Positions 29,337-37,782 of a stretch of DNA of 64,000 nucleotides are shown piece by piece. Both the position numbers and the translations under genes were made by a program. Position 1 is the stretch's first letter. Each line of letters opens with the position of its first letter. This DNA comes from an uncultured Acidobacteriota bacterium (lineage in GTDB: Bacteria > Acidobacteriota > Thermoanaerobaculia > Multivoradales > UBA5704). The notes beneath the pieces are model-generated. The model saw nothing but the letters and a program-made list of their open reading frames with translations, was not told where the DNA came from and searched no databases. Location of the stretch: contig CAVYRF010000001.1 in assembly GCA_963770895.1 (NCBI GenBank), forward strand, positions 1,920,001 through 1,984,000, written 5' to 3'.

Positions 29337-30991
29337 AGGCCCAATCGCCGGTAGAGCGCCAGCCAGGCGGCGGCGGTGGCAGCGGCGTGGGGAAGGGTGT
29401 CGTCGGTGGGAGCGGCGGCGACGGCTTGGGTCGGGCTGACGGTGCCGTCGAGCAGATCGCCTAGAAGATTGGCGAGATGGCGGCCCGCGATGGCGGGGTC
29501 GTCGGCGAGGGCGGCGTCCAGTAGCAGGCCGCTGGCGGGGGTCATGCGGTCGCCGATGGCGCCGATGGCGAAGGCGATCACGGGGACGTTGGCGGCGGCG
29601 CATTCGTCCAGGGTAAGACCGTAGGATTCGGGGACCACGGACAGGACCAGGGCCAGGTCGACGCGATCGCGGCGCAGCAGCGCGGGCAGCGACCCGGCGC
29701 GGTAGTAGCCGCGCACGCGCAGGCCCGGCAGCCGGCGCCAGCGGGTGGGGATCGCGCGATCGCCGCCGCCGTAGGCGGAAAGTTGGGGATGGCGGCCGGC
29801 CGCTGCCAGCGCGCGGACGGCGGCTTCGAAGACCAGGGCGCCCTTGTGGACATGCACGGCGCCGACCCAGGCGATGTGGCGCGGCGGCCGGCGGGTGGCG
29901 CCAGGGCGGAGGGGAGAGCGGCGGGGCGCCGCACTGCGACTGGAGCTGTCGCGGGCGTCATTGATAGCGACGGACGGTGGCGGGGCCGGCGCGATGATGG
30001 TGGGCTCGGCGCCGGCTACAGCCAGGCTGTGACCGGGCCGGCGAACGGGTCGAGGCAGATCCGGCCCGGGGCCGCCTGCATCGCCACCTGCCCCTGCGGC
30101 GGCTGCCGCGAAAAGCTGGGCGTGGGCGCCGGCCATGAAGGCCGACGGATAGACGACCGCAGCGGCGGCGGCCATCAGCTCCAGCGCCAGCTCGCGGCGC
30201 TCCTCCTGATAGCCCGGCGGCAGGCCCGGCCAGGTCTGCGCCAGACAGCGCGCGCAGCGCGCCGGGTCGCGCGAGTAGTGGCAGAAGCGGGGAGCCGCCG
30301 GCGGCGCCGGCATCTCCAGCAGGTGTGGGCGCGGGCAGAAGGCTGCAAAGTCGTGCACCGCCAGGATCAGGCGCAGACCGTCGCGGGTCAGGCGCAGCAG
30401 CGACCCCAGCGGCATGCCGGCCAACCCCTCGACGTGCATTGCCGCAGCGCCGCAGCTGGCCGCCGCCCAGGCGACCGCCGCCTCGAATCCAACATCGATC
30501 AGCGCGGTCGCCGGTGCCGAGGGTGGCGGCGCCGCGGCGGGCCGCTGCCACGCCAGCGCCCAGCGCTCCTCGCCGCGCTGCAGCTCCAGGCGGAAACCGC
30601 CGCCGTCCGGCGAAGTTGCCGGTTGCCCGCTTGCCTCGGGAGATCTGTATTCCCGTCCTTCTGGCAACTCGGCAGCCCGGCCAGAGGGCACGGAGCGCCT
30701 GGAGCCGGCATCGGGGTAGAGCAGGGCGATCGGCCGCAGCGCCGCCTCGGCGTCCAGGCGCCACTTGAGCTGCGCCTGGACGCCCCCCAGCCGGGGGGCC
30801 GGCGCCGCAGCGGCCACGATCAAAACGGGCGCAACAAAGCCCGGCGGCGGCTCGCCGACGGCGCGGAAGCTCCGCTGCCGCCGGGTCTCCTCGAGGCGGT
30901 CCCAGGCGCGCGCCGCGACTGCCCTCGCCCCCTCCGCAGCCCACACCTGGCGCCAGAGCGCCAGCCCGCGCGCGCCGCCGTCAGCGGGCAA
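29318..30991 (-). CDS. Glycosyltransferase (GT-B, family 4-like)
   Basis: VHDFAAFCP, WVGAVHVHKG, PESYGLTLDE..VPVIAFAIGAIGDR. Confidence 0.75.
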   Translation of the reverse strand: MPADGGARGLALWRQVWAAEGARAVAARAWDRLEETRRQRSFRAVGEPPPGFVAPVLIVAAAAPAPRLGGVQAQLKWRLDAEAALRPIALLYPDAGSRRSVPSGRAAELPEGREYRSPEASGQPATSPDGGGFRLELQRGEERWALAWQRPAAAPPPSAPATALIDVGFEAAVAWAAASCGAAAMHVEGLAGMPLGSLLRLTRDGLRLILAVHDFAAFCPRPHLLEMPAPPAAPRFCHYSRDPARCARCLAQTWPGLPPGYQEERRELALELMAAAAAVVYPSAFMAGAHAQLFAAAAAGAGGDAGGPGPDLPRPVRRPGHSLAVAGAEPTIIAPAPPPSVAINDARDSSSRSAAPRRSPLRPGATRRPPRHIAWVGAVHVHKGALVFEAAVRALAAAGRHPQLSAYGGGDRAIPTRWRRLPGLRVRGYYRAGSLPALLRRDRVDLALVLSVVPESYGLTLDECAAANVPVIAFAIGAIGDRMTPASGLLLDAALADDPAIAGRHLANLLGDLLDGTVSPTQAVAAAPTDDTLPHAAATAAAWLALYRRLGLYPPPS

Positions 30992-33491
30992 CGTGCACCG
31001 CCTCCAGGATGCGCTGGTAGAGGTCTTCGATCTCGTCGGCGTGCTGGTCGGCGCTCTTGATGGGCGGGAGGGCGCGGACCCAGCGCGGCAGCAGGCCGGG
31101 GTCGGCCAGCAGGCGGTCGATCCAGCGGCGCAGGTCGGCGGCGTCGCCGGCGGTGAAGAGGGCGCCGGCCGCGGTGCTGTAGGACGCTGGTTCCGGCTCG
31201 CCGGGCGCGGCGCCGTCGAACAGCTCGACCAGGGCTCCGCGCTGGCTGGCGAGGACCGGCACTCCGTGGTGCATGGCTTCCCGCGCCACCAGGCCGAAGG
31301 ATTCCAGGCCGAGCGAGGGGATGATCAGCACGTCCATGGCGGCGAAGATGTCGGCCTTGCGGGCATCCTCGAACCGGCCCGCCAGCAGTGCCGGCACCGG
31401 CATCGGCACCGGTGCCATCGTCGGCGGCGGCATGGCGCCCTCGGTTTGCGGGCTGCCGGACGCTTCAGAACCAGCCTGCGGGCAGGCTTCCACGGCGCCC
31501 AGGTCGATCAGCTCTCTGGTATAGGCGGGCGATATCGTCGGGTCACCCCAGACGACCAGCTGCGCTCGCTGGGGGTCGATGCCGGCGAAGGCGGCGACTG
31601 CGACGTGGATGCCTTTGTGGGGGAGGATCGAGCCGATGCAGCCGAAGCGCAGCGGCGCGCCGGGCGGGCGCGCCGGGCGCCGCGCGGCGGGGGTGAGCTC
31701 GACGCCGTAGGGGATGACGTGGATCGGGTCCTGCGGGCGCAGCAGGCCCAGCTGGACGTAGCTGTCGCGCAGGAAGCGGGAGCCGGTGACGTAGGCGGCG
31801 GCGCCGCGCAGCGCCCCGGCGGTGGCGGCGTTGCGGTAGCGGTAGAGGAGCCGGTTGAGCAGCGGCGCCGGCGGCAGGCCGGTGAGCGGCAGGCAGGCCG
31901 AGCATTTCGCCGGCGCCGGTCCGCTGCACAGCCGGCGGTGGGCGTCCAGCAGGTTGGCGCGGGCGCAGGGGGTCCACCAGTCCTGCACCTGGTAGAGGAT
32001 CGGGATGCCGCGGCGGCGCACCAGGCGCGGCAGGCTGGCCGCCAGGCCGCCCAGGTGATGGACGTGCACCAGCTGGGGGCGCGTCTCATCCAGCAGGCGC
32101 ATCAGCTCCAGCTCGACCGGCCGGCTGGACAGGGCGTTGCGCGAGCGCGGATCGCGCTCGTCGAAGTTGCGCACCAGCAGGCGCACGCGCGCGCCGGCGT
32201 CGAGCAGCTCCACGGCGTCCCCCAGGCCGCGGGCGGGGTCGGCGATGCGGCTCAGCACGGTGACGTCGCGGTGGGCGGCCTGGCGGCGCACCAGCCAGGC
32301 GGCGTACAGCTCGGTGCCGGCATGATTCCACGGCGGCCAGCCGTGCACGATGTGCAGCACCCGCTGGGGGCCGCCGGCCCGCCGCCCGCCGCCGCCGGTG
32401 CCGCTGGTTCCCAATCCACCGCTGCTGCCGCGGGTGATGCCGGTGCCGCTGCCATCGCCCCTTCCCGCGCCGTCGGCTTCGCCGCCGTCGCGCGTTCGGC
32501 CCGGCGGCAGGAGCGCCGCGATCACGCGCTCGCGCAGCGGCCGCAACGCGTCGTCGTGCAGGAAGCGGGCGACGGTGCGGACGTATTCGGGGTGGAGCCG
32601 GGCCAGGCTGCGATGGGCGGCGGCGACGCGGCGGCGGCGCGAGGTGCCGAAGCTGCGGTGCCCTTCGTGGAAGATGAACGTGGCGTCGTCCAGGACGTGG
32701 GCATAGCCGGCTTTGAGCGCCCGCATGCAGAATTCACTCTCTTCGCCGTATCCCAGACCGAAGCTGGCGCTGTCGAACGGCCCCAGCGCGGCCAGCGCCT
32801 TGCGCTTGATGTACAGGCAGACGCCGACGCCGGTCGGCAGGCGCGGATAGACGCGCTGCGAGCGCTCTTCGACCAGGCGCGCGAAGCGTTCCAGGTCCCA
32901 CCCCGCGGGCAGCGCGTTGGACTCCAGGAAGCGCGGCAGCGAGCAGATGGTGGCGCTGTTGGAAAAGGGGGTGACGGTGGCGATCTCGGGCGCCGACCAG
33001 GCGGCTCGCTGCAGCTTTTCCAACCAGCCCGCGGTGACCTGGGTGTCGCTGTTGAGCAGCACCACGTCGTTGCCGCTCGCCGCCATCCCCAGGTTGACCG
33101 CCGCCACGAAGCCCGCCCGCTCCGCTTGCCGCAGCACGACGACTCCTGCCGCAGCCGTCGCGGTCGTCGCGGCCGTCGCGCCGGCCCCGCCGGGCGTCAG
33201 CTCGCCGCAGATCTCGGCCACCCGCTCCGCGACCGCGCCGGGCTGCGGCCCGTCGAGCACCAACACCAGCCGGTGGCGCGTCAGGTCGGTGTGAGCGGCG
33301 AGCGACCGCAGGCAGCGCCCCAACGCCTCGGCGGCGCCATAGACCGGCACGATGACGTCGATCGCCCCCGGCGCCCCGTCGGCGCCCACGCGCGCCGCAT
33401 CGCCCGCGAGCGGCAGCGCCTCCGCCCGCGGCACCAGGCGCCTTAGCAAGAGCCGCATCGGAGCCTGGCGGTCGGAAAGGGCGGCGCGCAT
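30981..33491 (-). CDS. Fused GT2 + GT4 glycosyltransferase
   Basis: N-half DVIVPVY, LLNSDT, GYGEESEFC (GT2); C-half HIVHGWPP, GSILPHKG, ESFGLVAREA (GT4). Confidence 0.88.
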   Translation of the reverse strand: MRAALSDRQAPMRLLLRRLVPRAEALPLAGDAARVGADGAPGAIDVIVPVYGAAEALGRCLRSLAAHTDLTRHRLVLVLDGPQPGAVAERVAEICGELTPGGAGATAATTATAAAGVVVLRQAERAGFVAAVNLGMAASGNDVVLLNSDTQVTAGWLEKLQRAAWSAPEIATVTPFSNSATICSLPRFLESNALPAGWDLERFARLVEERSQRVYPRLPTGVGVCLYIKRKALAALGPFDSASFGLGYGEESEFCMRALKAGYAHVLDDATFIFHEGHRSFGTSRRRRVAAAHRSLARLHPEYVRTVARFLHDDALRPLRERVIAALLPPGRTRDGGEADGAGRGDGSGTGITRGSSGGLGTSGTGGGGRRAGGPQRVLHIVHGWPPWNHAGTELYAAWLVRRQAAHRDVTVLSRIADPARGLGDAVELLDAGARVRLLVRNFDERDPRSRNALSSRPVELELMRLLDETRPQLVHVHHLGGLAASLPRLVRRRGIPILYQVQDWWTPCARANLLDAHRRLCSGPAPAKCSACLPLTGLPPAPLLNRLLYRYRNAATAGALRGAAAYVTGSRFLRDSYVQLGLLRPQDPIHVIPYGVELTPAARRPARPPGAPLRFGCIGSILPHKGIHVAVAAFAGIDPQRAQLVVWGDPTISPAYTRELIDLGAVEACPQAGSEASGSPQTEGAMPPPTMAPVPMPVPALLAGRFEDARKADIFAAMDVLIIPSLGLESFGLVAREAMHHGVPVLASQRGALVELFDGAAPGEPEPASYSTAAGALFTAGDAADLRRWIDRLLADPGLLPRWVRALPPIKSADQHADEIEDLYQRILEAVHVAR

Positions 33492-33614
33492 CGGCAAAAT
33501 ACCGCCGGCAAGCTATCACGCCCGCCGCCGCCGCCGTCGCCGCCGCCTAGCGTCCTGACTCAGTGTTCGTCGTGGGTGCGGCGCCCCGCACCTTGACCAC
33601 GGGCGAGCCCGGGC

Positions 33615-33788
33615 TCAGCCGCAGGCGACCCGGCAAGTGATGTAGGGGCAGGTCTGGAAGGTGTTGCACTGAGCGGTGCACGGGTCGGCGCCGGTGATGA
33701 AGCCCGCTGCTGCATCTTTCAGGCCCGGCCGGCTGAGATTCGCCAGGGTTTCGCGGTTGAGATGGAGCGTCTGCATCTGCTTCTTCAT
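33615..33788 (-). CDS. Second Cys/Thr-rich RiPP precursor peptide, 57 aa (not in the supplied ORF track)
   Basis: Hand translation: MKKQMQTLHLNRETLANLSRPGLKDAAAGFITGADPCTAQCNTFQTCPYITCRVACG*; GGAGG RBS; leader like that at 10945-11157. Confidence 0.85.
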   Translation of the reverse strand: MKKQMQTLHLNRETLANLSRPGLKDAAAGFITGADPCTAQCNTFQTCPYITCRVACG

Positions 33789-33946
33789 GGATGCCTCCGA
33801 GTCGACCGGTGCGTAGGTGCTGTCCGGTGTGCAGGGTCCTATGGATTGGACAGCCGCTCGCTCTGGTGCCGCAATCCCTTACACAAGGCAGTGCTCCGAT
33901 CGGAACCGCCGTGGACAGGAGACGGGGGCCGGCCGGCGCCGCCGCA

Positions 33947-34666
33947 TCAGACCGGAATCTCGAAGCGATAGCCGACGCCGGGCTCGGTGACGATGAGGCG
34001 CGGGTGCAGGACGTCGGTCTCGATCTTGCGGCGCAGGTTGGCCAGGTGGACCTGCAGGGGGTGCTGGCCGGCGGACGCCTGGCCGGCGCCGCGGATGGCG
34101 GCCAGCAGCTGGGCGTGGTTCAGGGTGCGTCCAGGGTGCAGCACCAGGGCACGCAGCAGGCTCCATTCGACGGGGGTGAGGTGCACCGGGACGCTCTGTT
34201 TCTTGAGCGTGCGGGCGTCCAGGTCCAGCTCCAGGTCGCCGATGGCCAAGGGCTCGGCGTGCGGCGGCGGCGGCAGGGTGCGCGTCCGGCGCAGGCAGGC
34301 ATGCAGGCGCGCGATCAGCTCGATGGTGCTGAAGGGCTTGGTGATGAAGTCGTCGGCGGCGGCTTCCAGCAGCTCCACCTTGTCGTGTTCCGAATGGCGC
34401 GCCGACAGCACCACGATCGGCGCCTGCGACCAGCGGCGGAGCGCCTGGCAGACTTCCAGGCCGGCGGCGTCGGGCAGGCCCAGGTCCAGGATGATCAGCT
34501 CGGGCTGGCGCGCCGCGGCCAGGTCGATCCCTTCGCGGGCGGTGCCTGCCTCCAGCACCTTGAACTCCGGCGCCAGCGCGCGCCGCAGGGCGCGTCGGAT
34601 CGGCACCTCGTCGTCGATGACCAGGATCGTGGCCGGCCGCCCACCGGGCGCCGGGCCGGGCTTCAG
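33947..34666 (-). CDS. OmpR/PhoB-family response regulator (KdpE-like), probable CTG start
   Basis: ILVIDDE, ILDLGLPD, DDFITKPF, LRRKIE..TEPGVGYRF; CTGA overlap with czcA-like stop, GGAGG upstream. Confidence 0.85.
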   Translation of the reverse strand: MKPGPAPGGRPATILVIDDEVPIRRALRRALAPEFKVLEAGTAREGIDLAAARQPELIILDLGLPDAAGLEVCQALRRWSQAPIVVLSARHSEHDKVELLEAAADDFITKPFSTIELIARLHACLRRTRTLPPPPHAEPLAIGDLELDLDARTLKKQSVPVHLTPVEWSLLRALVLHPGRTLNHAQLLAAIRGAGQASAGQHPLQVHLANLRRKIETDVLHPRLIVTEPGVGYRFEIPV

Positions 34667-37600
34667 GCGGCCTCCAGGGAGGCGTCCTCGCTCCGGGCGG
34701 CGACGGCGCGCGCCTGCCGCGCCTCGACCCAGCGCCAGGCGATGACGCGCAGCGGCGGTTGCAGCAGCCGGGTGAGGATGGCCAGCTGCAAGGAGCCGCC
34801 GATGACGACGATGGCCAGCGGCCGCTGGGTCTGCGCGCCGATGCCGTGCGACAGCGCGGCGGGGAGCAGCCCCAGGGTGGCGACCAGGGTGGTCATCAGC
34901 ACCGGCCGGAACCGCTTGGCGGCCGCCTGCCGCGCCGCCTCTTCGTTGGACACGCCGCTCGCGTGCAGCTGCTGGGCGTAGCTGATCATCAGCAGGGCGT
35001 CCTGCACCGCGATGCCGAAGATCGAGATGAACCCCATGGCCGCCGACACCGACAGCGGCTCGCCGGCGATGAGCAGCGCCAGCAGCCCCCCGGTCACCGC
35101 GACGGGGATGCTGATCAGCACCAGCGCCGTGTCGATCCAGTTGCGCACGCTCGAATAGACCAGCAGCGCGACCAGCAGCACGGTGATCGGCACGATCAGC
35201 TTCAGGCGCTCCTCGGCGTCGTGCAGCTCGTTGACCTCGCCGGCCCAGGCCAGGTTGATGTCGGGCGACAGCGGCACCTGCCGGGCGATGCGGCGCTGCG
35301 CCTCGGCGATCGTCCCCGCCAGGTCCCTGCCGCGCACCGAGAACTTGACCGGCGTGTAGCGCCGGCCGTCTTCGCGATAGACCACGGTGGCGCCGTCCTC
35401 GGTCGAGACGCTGGCCACCTCGCCCAAGGGGATCTGGCTGCCATCGGGCGTCGCCACGGTGATGCGCTTGAGCGCGGCGATGCTGCCGCGGTCCTGCTCG
35501 CGCCAGCGGACGACCAGGTTGAAGCTCTTTTCGCCCTCGTAGACCTGGGTGACGGCCTGGCCGCCGATCGCCGCCTGCACCACCGCCGCGACGTCGCCGG
35601 TGTTGAGGCCGTAGCGCTCGCACTGCACGCGGTCGGGCACGATGCGGATGCTGGGCTGGCCGAGGCTGCGAAACACTCCCGGCTCGGCGATGCCGCGGAC
35701 CCCGGCCATCACGCCCTGGATCGCATCGGCGGCGCGGTCGTTGTCGGCGAGGTCGGGGCCGATCACCTTGACGCTGTTCTCTCCCTTGACCCCCGACAGC
35801 GCCTCTTCCACGTTGTCTGAGATGTATTGCGAGAAGTTGAAGATGGCGCCCGGAAACTCGGCGGCGAACTGGCGCGCCAGCTGGGCGGTGAGCTTCTCCT
35901 TGGTCAGCCCGCGCGGCCACTCGCCGAACGGCTGGAGCGGCGCGAACAGCTCGATGTTGGAAAAGCCCGCCACGTCGGTGCCGTCGTCGGGTCTGCCGAG
36001 CTGCGACACCACGGTCAGGACCTCAGGGTGGCTGAGCAGGATCTGCCGCAGGCGGGGCACCTGCTGCATCGACTCTTCGAGCGACACGGAAGTGGGCAGG
36101 GTGGCGCGGATCCAGAAGTTGCCCTCTTCCAGCTTGGGCATGAACTCCTTGCCCAGCAGCGGCCACAGCGCGACGCAGGCGACGACCGGAATCAAGCACA
36201 GCGCGACCGCCGCCCGCGGGCGCCGCAGCGCCGCCTCGAACAGCGGGTCGTAGACGCGGTGGAGCAGGTGCATCAACGCGTGCTGTTCGTCGTGGTCGCG
36301 CACCGACAGCACGCGCGAGCTCGCCGCCGGCGTCAGCAGCAGCGCCAGCAGGATGGCGCCGCCGATGGCGAAGGCGTAGGTGTGGGCCATAGGGCGGAAG
36401 ATCTGGCCGGCCACCCCGGTCAGCGTGAACAGAGGCAGGAACGCCACCGCGATGATCAGGGTGGAGAAGCCCATCGGCCTGCCGACCTCGACGGCGGCGT
36501 CCAGGATGTGGCCATCCATGGTGCGCCTGTCGTCGTCGCGCCCGCGCAGCTGGCGGAACACATTTTCCATCATGATGACGGTCGAATCGACGACGATGCC
36601 GAAGTCGACCGCGCCCAGCGAGATCAGGTTGGCGGGGGTGCCCAAAAGCACCATGCCGATGAAGGCGCAGAGCAGGGCCAACGGGATGTTGAGCGCGGTC
36701 AGCAGCGCGGCGCGCAGGTTGGCCAGAAAGAAGATCAGCACCAGCGTCACCAGCGCCATGCCGATGAGCAGGTTTTCGAGCACCGTGTGGGTCGTCACGC
36801 CGACCAGCGCGCCGCGGTCGTAGTAGGGCGCGATCTCCATGCCCGGCGGCAGCAGGTGCTCGCGGCGGATGATGCGCAGCCGCTCCTTCACGCCCCTGAG
36901 CGTGGCGTCGGTCTGGCCGCCGTAGCGCATCAGGACGACGCCTTCGACCACCTCGTCGGCGGCGTCCTTGCCGACCTGGCCCAGGCGCGGCGCGTGCCCC
37001 AGCTCGACCGCCGCGACGTCGCGCACCCGCACCGCCACGCCCTTCTGCTCCAGGACCACGACGTCCTCGATGTTCTTGAGCGAGCTGATCAGGCCGATGC
37101 CGCGGATGGTGAACGCCTGGGCGCCGAGGGTGAGGCGCTGGCCGCCGACGTTCTGGTTGGCGTTGGCGATGGCGGCTTCGACCTGCGCCAGCGTCACGCC
37201 GCGGGCGCGCAGCAGGAAGGGGTTGACGTCGACGTGGTACTCCTTGGCCAGGCCGCCGAAGCTGGTCACGTCGATGACGCCCGGCACCTGCTTCCACTGC
37301 CGCTCCAGGATCCAGTCCTGGGCGGTCTTGAGGTCGGTCAGCGAGTAACCCTTGCCGCGCAGCGTATAGCGGTAGATCTCGCCGATCGCGTTCCACGGCG
37401 ACAGCGAGGCCTGGATGCCGCTCGGCAGCTGCACGAACTGCAGCCGGTTGATCACCTCCTGGCGAGCGCGCTCGTAGTCGGTGCCCCACTTGAAGTAGCA
37501 CTTCACATCCGCCAGCCCGAACAGCGACTGCGAACGCACGTGGTCGAGCCCCGCCATGCCGGCCAGCCCGGCCTCGAGCGGGATGGTGACGTAGCGCTCG

Positions 37601-37782
37601 GTCTCCTCGGCGCTCCAGCCGGGGGGCTGCGCGATCACCTCGACGAGCGGCGGGCAGGGGTTGGGATAGGCCTCGACCGGCAGCTTTTTCCAGGCGTACA
37701 GGCCGCACGCCGCCAGCACCACCGCGGCGGCGACCACCAGGTTGCGATTGCGCAATGCGAACGCGACCAGCCGCCGGATCAT
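34663..37782 (-). CDS. CzcA/CusA-family heavy-metal efflux RND permease
   Basis: MIRRLVAFAL start, LPVEAYP, GAVDFGIVVD..MEN, EFMPKLEEG, RFRPVLMT, QRPLAIVVIGG. Confidence 0.93.
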   Translation of the reverse strand: MIRRLVAFALRNRNLVVAAAVVLAACGLYAWKKLPVEAYPNPCPPLVEVIAQPPGWSAEETERYVTIPLEAGLAGMAGLDHVRSQSLFGLADVKCYFKWGTDYERARQEVINRLQFVQLPSGIQASLSPWNAIGEIYRYTLRGKGYSLTDLKTAQDWILERQWKQVPGVIDVTSFGGLAKEYHVDVNPFLLRARGVTLAQVEAAIANANQNVGGQRLTLGAQAFTIRGIGLISSLKNIEDVVVLEQKGVAVRVRDVAAVELGHAPRLGQVGKDAADEVVEGVVLMRYGGQTDATLRGVKERLRIIRREHLLPPGMEIAPYYDRGALVGVTTHTVLENLLIGMALVTLVLIFFLANLRAALLTALNIPLALLCAFIGMVLLGTPANLISLGAVDFGIVVDSTVIMMENVFRQLRGRDDDRRTMDGHILDAAVEVGRPMGFSTLIIAVAFLPLFTLTGVAGQIFRPMAHTYAFAIGGAILLALLLTPAASSRVLSVRDHDEQHALMHLLHRVYDPLFEAALRRPRAAVALCLIPVVACVALWPLLGKEFMPKLEEGNFWIRATLPTSVSLEESMQQVPRLRQILLSHPEVLTVVSQLGRPDDGTDVAGFSNIELFAPLQPFGEWPRGLTKEKLTAQLARQFAAEFPGAIFNFSQYISDNVEEALSGVKGENSVKVIGPDLADNDRAADAIQGVMAGVRGIAEPGVFRSLGQPSIRIVPDRVQCERYGLNTGDVAAVVQAAIGGQAVTQVYEGEKSFNLVVRWREQDRGSIAALKRITVATPDGSQIPLGEVASVSTEDGATVVYREDGRRYTPVKFSVRGRDLAGTIAEAQRRIARQVPLSPDINLAWAGEVNELHDAEERLKLIVPITVLLVALLVYSSVRNWIDTALVLISIPVAVTGGLLALLIAGEPLSVSAAMGFISIFGIAVQDALLMISYAQQLHASGVSNEEAARQAAAKRFRPVLMTTLVATLGLLPAALSHGIGAQTQRPLAIVVIGGSLQLAILTRLLQPPLRVIAWRWVEARQARAVAARSEDASLEAA

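Noticed and set aside
29318-33788. Glycosyltransferases as tailoring enzymes for the adjacent peptide (glycocin-like)
   Set aside because: They look like GT2/GT4 surface-polysaccharide enzymes and have their own -10-like box near 33510; only adjacency supports a link
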